DNA from: Spirochaetales bacterium
GTDB taxonomy: Bacteria; Spirochaetota; Spirochaetia; Treponematales; UBA12059
Length of the DNA stretch: 64,000 nucleotides
Assembly: GCA_016928955.1 (NCBI GenBank)
Contig: JAFGJV010000004.1
Span: forward strand, 323,736 to 387,735
Direction of reading: 5' to 3'
This document shows positions 26,975 through 37,260 of this stretch, piece after piece; positions within the stretch are counted from its first letter, which is position 1, and each line of letters opens with the position of its first letter. Position numbers and translations under genes: made by a program. The notes under the pieces were generated by a model that was given only the letters and a program-made list of their open reading frames with translations, had not been told where the DNA came from and ran no database searches.

Positions 26975-29377
26975 ATGCCCAAGAAACGAGCGCGCATTTT
27001 CGAAGTTAAGTGGTTTTCACTCGTCATAGCCGCCCTGGTGTTTGTGCTCTTTTTTGGCCTTGCGCAATCCACCCGCATCGTGGACCAGCTCGAGGGCTCC
27101 GTCTTGGACGTCCACTTCCGCATCAAACAGAACAAAGAGGGCAGGTCGGTCCAGGAGGGGGCCACTTTTGTCGAGCGTAACCTGAAGCTGTCGGAGAGCA
27201 TACTCCTCATCGGCATCGACCAGAAAACCCTGGCTGAGTACGGCAAGTGGCCTTTTGTGCGGACGCGCCACGCAAACCTGATCAACGCGTTCAGCCGCCT
27301 CAACGACCAATCGAACCGCGAATCCGCCCTGTTCCTCGACGTGTTCTTCATCGAGCCGGACACAACGGCTACCAACGACGCCGTCCTGGTTGACTCCATA
27401 GAGTCGTCTGGCAAGGTGTACCTGGAAACCGTCCTTGATCCCATGGGCGAGACCCTAGAGGGCGACGAGTACGCCGTGCGCCAGAAATCCTTGTACGACA
27501 CGCACGGCACCATCACCAACGTAACGGGCGACTGGAAAAAAATCATCGACCGGTATTCCATACAACCGCCGCTCGAACCCTACGCCCGTGCATCCGGCGG
27601 ATACGGCCACGCCAACTTTGTGTCAGACGTGGACAAGATATACAGGCGCCAGCCACTGGTGCTCAGGCAGAGCATGCTGGTACGTAAGCTGCGCCTGGAC
27701 GAGCTGACGCCTGGCTTTTCCGTCAACGAGGACAACTTTGAGCGCCTGGCGTGGCTGGACGCGCGCGGATTCATCCACGACATAGACTCGCCCATAACGG
27801 CGGCAGAGCTTAAAAAATTGGCGGCGCGCATGGCCGCCGAAGCGCCCATGCAGATAGAGGACGTGAACATGGACGGCGTGCCGGACGACAGCTACTACGT
27901 CATCCGCCATTACCGCGACTATTTTGTGCCGTCCATAACGCTGTCCCTGGCCCTTGAATACTTCCACAAGGACTTTGACGACCTCGAGGTGGTTGCAGGA
28001 TCGCATATCCTCATCCCGAACCCGATGATGCGCGTGGGCGACGATCTGGTGCCGTACACCATCCAGACAGGCATGGACATTTTCGACGCCGACAACAGCC
28101 TGGTGGAAGAGGGCAAGCGCAGGGTAGTGCCGGAAATACGCATACCCATAGACGAGCAGGGACAGATGCTCATCAATTTCATGGGACCGCGCTCGGCTGA
28201 AACCCCCGACCTTGGTCCTCAGACCTTCCCGGTCAGGTCGTATTCCGCGTACGCCAACCGGGATCCTGGACCTGACCCGTCAACCTGGAAGCGCACGCTT
28301 GCAGTCAAGGACAAGATCCTGATGGTCGGAGCTTTCGCGAGCGGCATGGCCGAGGACGAGAAGCCGACACCGCTTGGCATGATGTACGGCATCGAGATGC
28401 ACGCCAACGCCCTCAATACCATCCTGATGGACAACTTCATCATCAAGGCACCGTATTGGCTCGACCTTTTAGTCATAGCCCTGGCGGCCTTGCTGGTAGC
28501 GGCTCTGAGCGCCAGAATTCCAGCCATTGGCGGTTTCTTTGCCACGCTGGCCATGATTGGCATCTACTTCTTTGCCGTGGACCTAGCCTTTGACCGTAGC
28601 TCGTATCTCCTCGGCTATGCTGCGCCCGCCTTCGCCGCCATCGTCACCTTCATCCTGGTGGTGGTATACAGAGTGTTCACGGAAGAGCGCGACAAGAAGC
28701 AGATCCGCGAGACCTTTGGCAAGTACCTTAGCCCCAAGGTGGTGGACCAGCTGGCCAACGACCCGCCCGAGCTCGGCGGTGTGGACAAGGAACTGACCGT
28801 GTTCTTCTCCGACATCCGCGGCTTTACCACGTTGTCCGAGAACATGACGCCCCAGGAGCTCGTCAACCACCTCAACGAATACCTCACAGCCATGACGGAT
28901 ATCGCCCTGGACTACGGAGCCACCCTGGACAAATACATGGGCGACGCCATCATGTGTTTCTGGGGAGCGCCCATACCCCAGGCCGCCCATGCCGAGCTTG
29001 CGTGCAAGTGCGCCCTCAGGCAGATGCAGGCCTTGGACAGGCTCAACGCCAGCTGGCCCGAGGCAAAGCGCATCAACATAGGCATAGGCCTCAACTCCGG
29101 CATCATGACCGTGGGCAACATGGGCTCCAAGCTCCGGATGAACTACACGTTGATGGGCGACCATGTGAACCTGGGATCCCGCCTTGAGGCAACCAACAAG
29201 GAGTACGGCACAAACATCATCATCAGCGAGAATACCTACGCCTTGGTCAAGGATAAATTCATCGTGCGGGAGCTGGACAATATCCGCGTAAAGGGCAAGA
29301 ACAAGCCCGTGGTGATATACGAACTGGTCGACTGCACGGAGAGCATCGATCCGCCTGTCCAAATCCTGAAAGGGTAA
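26975..29377 (+). CDS. CHASE2-domain class III adenylate cyclase
   Basis: IGIDQKTL..GKWP, MYGIEMHAN and 3 TM helices. Cyclase motifs FSDIRGFT, DKYMGDAIM and YTLMGDHVNLGSRLE, with a Lys/Thr ATP-type specificity pair. Confidence 0.93.
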   Translation: MPKKRARIFEVKWFSLVIAALVFVLFFGLAQSTRIVDQLEGSVLDVHFRIKQNKEGRSVQEGATFVERNLKLSESILLIGIDQKTLAEYGKWPFVRTRHANLINAFSRLNDQSNRESALFLDVFFIEPDTTATNDAVLVDSIESSGKVYLETVLDPMGETLEGDEYAVRQKSLYDTHGTITNVTGDWKKIIDRYSIQPPLEPYARASGGYGHANFVSDVDKIYRRQPLVLRQSMLVRKLRLDELTPGFSVNEDNFERLAWLDARGFIHDIDSPITAAELKKLAARMAAEAPMQIEDVNMDGVPDDSYYVIRHYRDYFVPSITLSLALEYFHKDFDDLEVVAGSHILIPNPMMRVGDDLVPYTIQTGMDIFDADNSLVEEGKRRVVPEIRIPIDEQGQMLINFMGPRSAETPDLGPQTFPVRSYSAYANRDPGPDPSTWKRTLAVKDKILMVGAFASGMAEDEKPTPLGMMYGIEMHANALNTILMDNFIIKAPYWLDLLVIALAALLVAALSARIPAIGGFFATLAMIGIYFFAVDLAFDRSSYLLGYAAPAFAAIVTFILVVVYRVFTEERDKKQIRETFGKYLSPKVVDQLANDPPELGGVDKELTVFFSDIRGFTTLSENMTPQELVNHLNEYLTAMTDIALDYGATLDKYMGDAIMCFWGAPIPQAAHAELACKCALRQMQALDRLNASWPEAKRINIGIGLNSGIMTVGNMGSKLRMNYTLMGDHVNLGSRLEATNKEYGTNIIISENTYALVKDKFIVRELDNIRVKGKNKPVVIYELVDCTESIDPPVQILKG

Positions 29378-29381
29378 TCGC

Positions 29382-30047
29382 GTGGTTCGAGCACAAGGTG
29401 GGGGCAGGGCCACCTCGGCAAGGGTGGCCGCCCTGGTTGCTGCCGCTCTGGCGGCGGCGTGCGGCATAGACATTGTCTCGTACTTGTCCCAGCAGCCCGT
29501 CAGCGACGGGCCTAACCTGGTCAAGGCCCCGGCTGCGCCGGACTCCATGTACCTAGGCGTGGAGCTGTTCTACCGTATCTACGCCACCTATGACGACGCG
29601 CAGTCGGACCTGACCGCCTACAGCGCGAAGCAGTCGTCTGAAACCATACCCGGCGAGTCGGTGGAGTCATTCCTCCTGAGCCAGTCCAACTACGCATACC
29701 GGACCCTGGTGGTCGACGGCCTTGATCCGGGCCCAACGCTGAGGGCTTCCTTGCTGGCTTTCGATCTGGCGACACTGGCATTCTCGTCAACCACAGAATC
29801 GACCATCACCATAGGTGCAAACCCGCCATACGACTTGTCGCGAAACCTCCCGACTCCTGTATCGTTCAGCGTTCCACCTACAGAAGGCGATCAGGATTAT
29901 GAGCACAATGACGACGATCCCGATACCGGAATATTTTATATTCACACCTTTGCGGCCTGCTACGGCCTGGACACCGCCAATAGCACCTTCCGGAACCTGT
30001 ACAGCAAGGCCGTAAGCCTGGGCATTACCACGCTGAGCTACGACTAA
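29382..30047 (+). CDS. Hypothetical lipoprotein
   Basis: Hydrophobic stretch ending in a LAAAC lipobox. Exact start uncertain. Confidence 0.65.
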   Translation: MVRAQGGGRATSARVAALVAAALAAACGIDIVSYLSQQPVSDGPNLVKAPAAPDSMYLGVELFYRIYATYDDAQSDLTAYSAKQSSETIPGESVESFLLSQSNYAYRTLVVDGLDPGPTLRASLLAFDLATLAFSSTTESTITIGANPPYDLSRNLPTPVSFSVPPTEGDQDYEHNDDDPDTGIFYIHTFAACYGLDTANSTFRNLYSKAVSLGITTLSYD

Positions 30048-30192
30048 GCGGTGGGCCATGACGCCCTTAGGGACACTGGAGGGGCAGGCCAGCCTTTCGT
30101 ATACCCTACTTCCTATAATGTATATTCTGTCTACTTGCATGCCTTAAGACGCCTCGTTTTTGGTAAGAGCATGAGCACGCTACGTTCTAGTC

Positions 30193-32712
30193 CTAAGCAT
30201 TGTATGCCGCGGGGTACGGAACGGGCTGCCCTCCGTCGCCGCGGGCGTATTGAGCAAGCCTACACAGCCTAAGCGCAGTGTGCTTGAAATCTTTGCCGGT
30301 CGCTCCCGCGAACAAGGACTGAATACCCAGCTGACGGGTTCCCGCGAACGGCAGCAGTACGTGCACCACTCCAGGCGACGCGATCATAACCTTTGCCCCA
30401 GCCAGCCTGTGGTCGGCACCCATGAGTCCTGAAAGATTGCGGGCAAGCATGTCCTCATCCAGGCCGGCCTGGGATACATCCAGAGAGAACAGGGAGCCCC
30501 AATGGCTTTTGGACAGAGACGGGAACTTGGTGCCGCTCGGCCAGTACAGAACATAGGCCGCGTCAACATTAAGGCCATGGGGCAAGAAGCGGTTCAGGCG
30601 GCCTGGCAACGCTTCGGCGTCAGGAACACCGTCCCTGCCCCCGTCCAGAAGAACAAGACCATACTCCTCTACGGACGAACACCCAAGGGGCAAGGGTTCG
30701 GATATCTCCATGCGCGGGCTCGGGTTGAAACCCTGGGAAAACTCAACGCAGTAGCCCGCCCGCTCGAACGAGCTTGCCAGGACATCCCAAACTGTGTGAT
30801 GAGGATAGTATGCAGCGCGGCCCGTTTTATGGAACCTGAACATGACCCTGACGCGCTTAGACTCGGCCGCTGGCACCTGAGCCGAATCCTGAAAACGAGC
30901 CGCCGACTCTTCTTCCAGCCTCCGGAGTCCTTCATTGACCTCGGAATGTATACTATTGTCCGGAATTTCCATGTTGTCCGTGCAGGAACCGCAAGGATTT
31001 GTGCAGTTATGTATACATATCGAGGTTAATTCTGGCTTTTTGGACCTTTGCGCCTCTTTTTTCAGGTAGGCCTTTGATACGCGGAGCATAACCGCATCCC
31101 AGGGCAGCAGTGCTTCCATATCCCGCGGGCCGGTACGCGCAGCCGTATCGAACTTCGTGTCGCCCAGAGCCGCTTCCCACGCGTCTTTTTTGAACTTGTC
31201 GTCCCAGGCGTCAAAACAGGCACCATGCCGATACGCGGAAAGGATAAGCTCCCCTACCCCTTCGTCGCCCCGTGCTATGATGCCTTCCAGCCAGGAAAGA
31301 TAGGGAGCGTGATAGCTGACCTTGACCCGGGCGTCTTTCCTGAATGCGTCCTTGATAGCGTATATGCGGCGGGCGGCCTCCAACGGGTCAAGCTGGCGGC
31401 TCCACTGAAACGGCGTATGCGGCTTCGGGACAAAGGTGGCCAGGGTTACGTTAAGCTTTATGGTCGTGGCATCCGCCAGGGCCGTAAGATAGTCTATGAT
31501 AGCCGTTTCCTCGGCCTGGCCCACGTCCGGCAGGGGCAAACCGATCATGAAATAAAATTTCGCCAGCCGGTATCCCCGGCCTTCCGCTTCCTTGAGTATG
31601 GCGACGATCTTGTCCCGCGGAACGACCTTGTTGACTGAACGCTGCCACTCGTCCAATGGCGTCTCCACAGCAAAGGTCAAACCCGACTTCCGGGTGCCGG
31701 ATATTCCCTCTATGAGCTCCAGCGGAAACGATTCGACCTTCAGGGAAGGCAACTGAAACGATATGCCGCGCGATGACCAGCGCGCGTTCAGGACAGACAG
31801 GAGCCTAAAGATTCCTGGATAGTCGCCCGACGACAGCGAGGACAGCGTGATCTCCCGGTGACCGCCCTTCACGATCTGGGCTTCCACGTCACGGGCAATG
31901 AGCTCCGGCCCGCGGAGCCGCTGCGGCCGGTAGAAATACCCTGCGTGGCAGAAGCGGCAGCCGTTCGGACAGCCGCGCATCACCTCGACCACGCCGTGGT
32001 CCTGCACCGGTTTGAGCACGGGCACGGGAAAGCTGAGGCCGTATTCCGTGGTGGCAAAATCCTCGTAGATGGCACGAACGGCCTTTTTATCGGGCGTCCA
32101 TACGGCCGGCTCAGCGCTCAGCATGGCTATCAGTTCATGCCGTGCGGCCCCGGCCTTCCTGGCCGCTGCCATTTCCTCAGCCAGATCAAAAAACCTGCCC
32201 TCGGCCTCTCCTATCCACACGGCGTCCAGGAATCTGGAAAAGGGCGACGGATTGGTGATGGCCGGTCCGCCCGCTATCACCACAGGATCGCTTTCCGCGC
32301 GGTCCTTCGCTACCAGGGGAATTCCCGACGCTTCCAGGACCGCCAGAATATTTGTTGCGGCAAGCTCGTACCCTACCGTGAAGGCCAGGATATCCGCGTC
32401 GCGAACAGGCGTTCCGCTTTCCAGCCCGTAGAGCGGAAGGCCTCGTTCCTTGAGCAACGCCGCAAAGTCTGGAGCGGGCGCAAAGACGCGCTCGCACGCG
32501 ACGCCCGCCCTGCCGTTCAGGCCGCCGTACAGAATGCGCATGGCGTTGTTCGACATGCCTATCTCGTAGAGGTCGGGAAAACAGAGCATGACGCGCAGGT
32601 TAGCCTGCTCCTTGACCGTCATGCCGCTTTCCCCGCCTAGGTACCGGGCTGGCTTCTCTATCGTCTGCAGGGCGGCCCCTATGTCTCTGACCGGATCCAC
32701 GGCCGCTCTCAC
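30193..32712 (-). CDS. B12-binding radical SAM protein (TIGR03960-like) fused to a C-terminal TIGR03936/DUF2344-like domain
   Basis: EKPARYLGGE, FPDLYEIGMSN and RGCPNGCRFC motifs, plus a C-terminal FSQGFNPSPRM. GTG start overlaps the rodA stop. Confidence 0.88.
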   Translation of the reverse strand: MRAAVDPVRDIGAALQTIEKPARYLGGESGMTVKEQANLRVMLCFPDLYEIGMSNNAMRILYGGLNGRAGVACERVFAPAPDFAALLKERGLPLYGLESGTPVRDADILAFTVGYELAATNILAVLEASGIPLVAKDRAESDPVVIAGGPAITNPSPFSRFLDAVWIGEAEGRFFDLAEEMAAARKAGAARHELIAMLSAEPAVWTPDKKAVRAIYEDFATTEYGLSFPVPVLKPVQDHGVVEVMRGCPNGCRFCHAGYFYRPQRLRGPELIARDVEAQIVKGGHREITLSSLSSGDYPGIFRLLSVLNARWSSRGISFQLPSLKVESFPLELIEGISGTRKSGLTFAVETPLDEWQRSVNKVVPRDKIVAILKEAEGRGYRLAKFYFMIGLPLPDVGQAEETAIIDYLTALADATTIKLNVTLATFVPKPHTPFQWSRQLDPLEAARRIYAIKDAFRKDARVKVSYHAPYLSWLEGIIARGDEGVGELILSAYRHGACFDAWDDKFKKDAWEAALGDTKFDTAARTGPRDMEALLPWDAVMLRVSKAYLKKEAQRSKKPELTSICIHNCTNPCGSCTDNMEIPDNSIHSEVNEGLRRLEEESAARFQDSAQVPAAESKRVRVMFRFHKTGRAAYYPHHTVWDVLASSFERAGYCVEFSQGFNPSPRMEISEPLPLGCSSVEEYGLVLLDGGRDGVPDAEALPGRLNRFLPHGLNVDAAYVLYWPSGTKFPSLSKSHWGSLFSLDVSQAGLDEDMLARNLSGLMGADHRLAGAKVMIASPGVVHVLLPFAGTRQLGIQSLFAGATGKDFKHTALRLCRLAQYARGDGGQPVPYPAAYNA

Positions 32713-34025
32713 GACTCGTACCTCCGGGCGCTGATGCCCAGAGACAGGCCCAGGCCAATGCATGCCGCCCACAGCGACGATCCCCCGTAGGACAGGAACA
32801 ACAGGGGAATGCCGGTAATAGGCATGATGCCCATGGCCATGCCGGCGTTCACCATGAAGTGGAAAAGCACCATGCTGAACATGCCGGCCAGGACCCCGCG
32901 CTGGAACGGTGAGTTGACCGTTCTTGACGCAAGTATGAGCCGCACGCTGACAAGCATGAACAGGGAGAACACGACGATGCCGCCGATAAAGCCGAGCTCT
33001 TCAGATATGATGCTGAAAATAAAGTCGGTGCTCTGCTGAGGCAGATAGCGGTAATGGCTCTGCGTCCCCTGAAGGAAGCCCTTGCCTGAAAAACCGCCCG
33101 AACCGATGGCGGTAATCGACTGCAAGATGTTCCAGCCCGAGCCCAGGGGATCGACCGACGGATCCAGGAACACGACCAGCCTCATCACCTGGTACTCTTT
33201 GAGTACCTTGCGCCCTAGCATTGACGCCCCAAGGCCGATGATGACCACCAGGGCGACATAGGCCATCCAGTAGTAGTAGCGTTTCTTGAATAGGCGGTAC
33301 CCCAGCACCGACAGACCAAAGCCCAACACGGCCGCGACCAGCACGTAATACACGTACGGAGCCTCGTAGAACATCCTGAGGGCAACGGACGTGTCAGCGG
33401 CTATGAGCGTCTGCCACAGGGGCATGACCGTGAGCACGCCCACGATGGACGCCGTGAGTATCAGGAACCACAGGTAGCGCGGCGACACGTCCGCCATGAA
33501 GGCCATGCCCAGGTAAACCGGCAGGAACACCAGGGCTGTCCCGAAATCTGGCTGGCTCAGGATCAGCAGCATGGGAATGGCGACAATGCCGAGCGAGATG
33601 GCAAAGCGCCGGAACGAGTGTCGCTCGTGCGCGCTTTCCTCCAGGTAGCGCGAGAGGAACAGGATGGTTGCTATCTTCATGAACTCGGACGGCTGTATGC
33701 CAAGATCGCCAAAGCCCAACCAAGAGCGAGCTCCGTTGACCACGCGTCCGAAAATCCTGGTGTACACAAGCACCACCAGAATGCCTACGTACAGTATCGA
33801 CACGTATTCCGGCAGTCGCTTGGGGTCTATGAGGGCGGCGGCCAGCATGAGTCCCAGGCCGGACAGCGCCCACACGATCTGCTTGGCGTACTCGGTAGAC
33901 ACCAGCTGACCGTCGCTGGTCATGCCGGACGAATAGATGAACATGACGCCTATGGCCATCAGCACGGCCACCGATGCGACCACGATCCAGTCCAGGGACC
34001 GGGCAAATACCTTGATCGAACTCAT
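32709..34025 (-). CDS. rodA: Rod shape-determining protein RodA
   Basis: GARSW, QPSEFMK, QPDFGT, AIGSGG, TDFIFS and PITGIPLLFLSYGGSS motifs. Confidence 0.95.
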   Translation of the reverse strand: MSSIKVFARSLDWIVVASVAVLMAIGVMFIYSSGMTSDGQLVSTEYAKQIVWALSGLGLMLAAALIDPKRLPEYVSILYVGILVVLVYTRIFGRVVNGARSWLGFGDLGIQPSEFMKIATILFLSRYLEESAHERHSFRRFAISLGIVAIPMLLILSQPDFGTALVFLPVYLGMAFMADVSPRYLWFLILTASIVGVLTVMPLWQTLIAADTSVALRMFYEAPYVYYVLVAAVLGFGLSVLGYRLFKKRYYYWMAYVALVVIIGLGASMLGRKVLKEYQVMRLVVFLDPSVDPLGSGWNILQSITAIGSGGFSGKGFLQGTQSHYRYLPQQSTDFIFSIISEELGFIGGIVVFSLFMLVSVRLILASRTVNSPFQRGVLAGMFSMVLFHFMVNAGMAMGIMPITGIPLLFLSYGGSSLWAACIGLGLSLGISARRYES

Positions 34026-35899
34026 TATTCCATCCTGCCGACCACGCCGGTAGACTTGTTGAGGAGGCCGAGCTCGCCCGCCGCTTCCTCGAATGTCTGC
34101 CCCGCGAAGTAACCCTGGAACACGATGTTGGTAGCGTACGGAGCCCACCACTCCCACGGATTGGACGCCTCTATCATGGAAACGACCACGATGACGTCGT
34201 CTGGGTCCTCGGCGTCGGCGGGCCCAAAGCCCACGAACCACGAGTGCCAGCGATCCTCCAGACCCACTTCGGCGGTGCCCGTCTTGCCCGCGATGCTCAC
34301 CACTTTGTTGCTCAGCGGATAACGGGCTGTGCCTTCAGTGATCACGCCGCGCAGGTATTCCTTGACCAGCTTCCAGGTTTCGGGCGACACGCGCGACGAG
34401 TGCAGAACCTCGGGCACGGTTCTTGACAGGATGGTGCCAGTTGCCGGATCGCGCACGTCCTTGAGCAGGTGCGGGCGGTATATGACTCCCTCGTTGACCA
34501 CCATGGCCATCATGTCGGCTACCTGCAGCGGCGACACAAGAAGGAAGCCCTGGCCGATGGCCAGGTTCATCGTGTCGCCGTCAAACCACCTCTCGTGGAA
34601 GCGGCGCTCCTTCCACTGTGGCGTGGGCACAAAGCCTTCCGTTTCGCCGGGCAGGTCTATGCCCGTGGCGCTCCCAAAGCCGAACTGCCGGGAATAGTCG
34701 ACAATATTCTCAACGCCAAAGGAATCCATGGCCACTTCCCAGAAATACACGTCGCAGGACTGGGCCAGGGCCCCGGCAAGGTCCAGGCGTCCGTGGCCGG
34801 GCTTGCGTATCCAGCAACGGGACACTCGCCCGCCTACCTCTATCTCGCCCGTGCATAGGATACGGGCGTCCAGGGCCATGGCCTTTTCCTCTATGATGCC
34901 GGTGGTCATGATGGTCTTGAAGGTGGATGCCGGCGGATAGCTCGACTGTATGGCCCGATTGATGAGCGGGTTGCCCGGGTCCTCCAAAAGCCGCGCGTAC
35001 TCGTTGTTGCCGCCCCGCGCTATGATGGCGTTCGAGTTGAAATTGGGGTACGACACCATGGCCAGTATCTCGCCTGTTGCCGGCTTGAGCACCACGATGG
35101 AGCCATTCCGCTCGCCAAGCGCCTTCTCTGCCAACAGCTGGGCGTTACGGTCTATGGTGAGCGATATGTTGCGCCCCATCACCGGCGGCTCGACGTCGCG
35201 GCTCGTGGGCTCTACCCGCCTACCCTTGACGTCCACCACCCTGAACTGCCTGCCGTCCTTGCCCCTGAGTATCTCGTCGTATTGCCGCTCCAGACCGGAT
35301 TTTCCAATGATGTCGCCGGTCTGGTAGCCCCTGTTGTAGAAAATCTTGAGGTCGTCCTTGGATATCTCGCCCACGTAACCTATGAGGTGGGAAAAACTTC
35401 CCGTCTCCAGGTAGTTCCTCTTAGGGCGGGAATACCACGACACGCCGGGAAATTCGTCGATGCGTTCCGCCAGCCGGTTGATGACGTCCTGTTCCACAGA
35501 CGACAGTATCTCGATGGACTGGAACAGCCGGTAATGGGACGGGGGGATTTTCCGGTGTATCTCGTCTAGAGGCAGGTCGATCAGCGCGGCCAGCTTGGCG
35601 AATACCGTGTCGCGCAGGTCCGCGGGTATCTCGGCCGGCACCACGGTAAGGGCAAAGCTGTCCGCGTTCAGCACAAAGGGTATGCTGTAGTTGCGGTCGT
35701 AGATCTCTCCCCGCTGCGCGGGCAGTTTCTCAACCTGCCTGGATATGCTGACGGCGCGCACGCTGTACTCGCTACCCTTGATCAGCTGGAGGTACAGGAG
35801 GTAGGACGCGTACCACAGGAACACGGCGGCCGCCATGGACACGAACACCGCTATGCGGAGGGGCGGGACTCCCTGCGGCCGAGGACCGAAATCGCTCAT
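34025..35899 (-). CDS. mrdA: Penicillin-binding protein 2
   Basis: RGEIYDRN, PPASTFK (SxxK), SCD and KTGT motifs. Located in the mre cluster. Confidence 0.95.
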   Translation of the reverse strand: MSDFGPRPQGVPPLRIAVFVSMAAAVFLWYASYLLYLQLIKGSEYSVRAVSISRQVEKLPAQRGEIYDRNYSIPFVLNADSFALTVVPAEIPADLRDTVFAKLAALIDLPLDEIHRKIPPSHYRLFQSIEILSSVEQDVINRLAERIDEFPGVSWYSRPKRNYLETGSFSHLIGYVGEISKDDLKIFYNRGYQTGDIIGKSGLERQYDEILRGKDGRQFRVVDVKGRRVEPTSRDVEPPVMGRNISLTIDRNAQLLAEKALGERNGSIVVLKPATGEILAMVSYPNFNSNAIIARGGNNEYARLLEDPGNPLINRAIQSSYPPASTFKTIMTTGIIEEKAMALDARILCTGEIEVGGRVSRCWIRKPGHGRLDLAGALAQSCDVYFWEVAMDSFGVENIVDYSRQFGFGSATGIDLPGETEGFVPTPQWKERRFHERWFDGDTMNLAIGQGFLLVSPLQVADMMAMVVNEGVIYRPHLLKDVRDPATGTILSRTVPEVLHSSRVSPETWKLVKEYLRGVITEGTARYPLSNKVVSIAGKTGTAEVGLEDRWHSWFVGFGPADAEDPDDVIVVVSMIEASNPWEWWAPYATNIVFQGYFAGQTFEEAAGELGLLNKSTGVVGRME

Positions 35900-36402
35900 G
35901 ACTGGGCGTTCCTGCCGGCCAGGAACGATTTCAGCGGCGACAGGATAAGAAACACGACCGGCGCGGCCACGGCGTTGTAGCCGGCCTCTATCCACAGCTT
36001 GGCGTCGCCAAAATCGTAGGACTGTATCTTGCCGGAGAACATCCACGCCAGTATCGCCAGGTATACGGCCTTGATGACGGTGGCCCCGAAGCCGAAAGCA
36101 AGCGGCATGACCACGCGGTCTATGTAGAATTTTCCCGACAGGGCGTTGAAGGTCCAGGCCATGGCCGTCTTAACGAGGGCGTTCAGGCCCAGGGGGCCCG
36201 CGCTCATGCCGTCCTGCAGGAAACCGGCCGCAAAACCTGAAGCCTGCCCCAAAAGGTCGCGCGTGGAAAACGACACGAAGACGATGATGAGCAAGGCCAG
36301 GTCGGGCACGACCGAGCGTATGGCTATGGCGTCCAGCCAGGTGGACTGCAGCACCAGGGCGCCCACCAGGAGCCCGAGCGTGAGCAGGAAACGCCGTATC
36401 AT
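35896..36402 (-). CDS. mreD: Rod shape-determining protein MreD
   Basis: Hydrophobic protein with PDLALL and GFLQD motifs. Synteny. Confidence 0.88.
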   Translation of the reverse strand: MIRRFLLTLGLLVGALVLQSTWLDAIAIRSVVPDLALLIIVFVSFSTRDLLGQASGFAAGFLQDGMSAGPLGLNALVKTAMAWTFNALSGKFYIDRVVMPLAFGFGATVIKAVYLAILAWMFSGKIQSYDFGDAKLWIEAGYNAVAAPVVFLILSPLKSFLAGRNAQS

Positions 36403-37259
36403 TCCGCTCCTCCCTCTGCTCCCTGGCCAAGCACCACGAACACGTATTCTATGCGCCCGAAATCCAGGACGGGTTCAAGCTCGATTTCCAGCGAGGTCAG
36501 GTAATCGAAGATCCGTAGCTTGGTCACCCGGCCCACGGCTATGCCCTGGGGATACAGGGACTGCAGCCCGCTCGTGACCACCAGGTCGCCGTACTGAATC
36601 TCGTCCTTGGCCCGCTTCTTGACGTATTTCATCACCAGGGGCAGGTCGTCGCTGCCCGAGCCCACAGCCAGTCCTTCGTACCGGGAACGCTCGAGCCGGG
36701 CCGCAACATAGGTCGTGGCGTCGTACACGGGAACCACCACGGAGGTCAACCGGGACGCCTCCAGCACCTTGCCGACCAAGCCCTCTATGCCGTTTTGGTA
36801 GGCTACCACCGCCTGGTTCTTCCTGACGCCGTGCGCCGTGCCTTTGTCTATCACAAAGGTGGCGTACAGGTTTTCAGGGTCGCGGGCCACGATACGCGCC
36901 GCCTGGGCTTGATAACCGGACGCCTGGGAGAAGGCAAGCTGCTCCTTGAGGCGCTCGTTCTCGCCCTTGAGCACCGAGTAATCGCGTTGCTGGTTGGTGA
37001 GCGCCTCCACCTGGGCCAGAAGCTCCCGGTGGCTTTCCTGCAGGCGCCTTAGTTCGGCTATGCTGGTGGCCGTGCGGGAAAAAAATCCCGACACCGAGTC
37101 AAAACCCCGCTGGACAAAGGACACGACGGCCAGCCCCACCCGCTCAGGCACGCCCTCGAGGCTCCGGGTGGACACCGTCAGGGTCACCAGCGACACCGCT
37201 AAGAGGAGCCCGGACACCAGGGCCTTGATGCGGACCGCCCGCCTCGATTGCTGGGCCAT
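36399..37259 (-). CDS. mreC: Rod shape-determining protein MreC
   Basis: TM helix, coiled coil ENERLKEQL, IDKG, GLVGKV and VVTSGL..YPQGI motifs. Confidence 0.93.
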   Translation of the reverse strand: MAQQSRRAVRIKALVSGLLLAVSLVTLTVSTRSLEGVPERVGLAVVSFVQRGFDSVSGFFSRTATSIAELRRLQESHRELLAQVEALTNQQRDYSVLKGENERLKEQLAFSQASGYQAQAARIVARDPENLYATFVIDKGTAHGVRKNQAVVAYQNGIEGLVGKVLEASRLTSVVVPVYDATTYVAARLERSRYEGLAVGSGSDDLPLVMKYVKKRAKDEIQYGDLVVTSGLQSLYPQGIAVGRVTKLRIFDYLTSLEIELEPVLDFGRIEYVFVVLGQGAEGGAE

Positions 37260-37260
37260 G

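Noticed and set aside
30051..30272. 73-aa ORF in the convergent gap
   Set aside because: It has no SD and atypical composition, and it overlaps the radical SAM gene end on the opposite strand.
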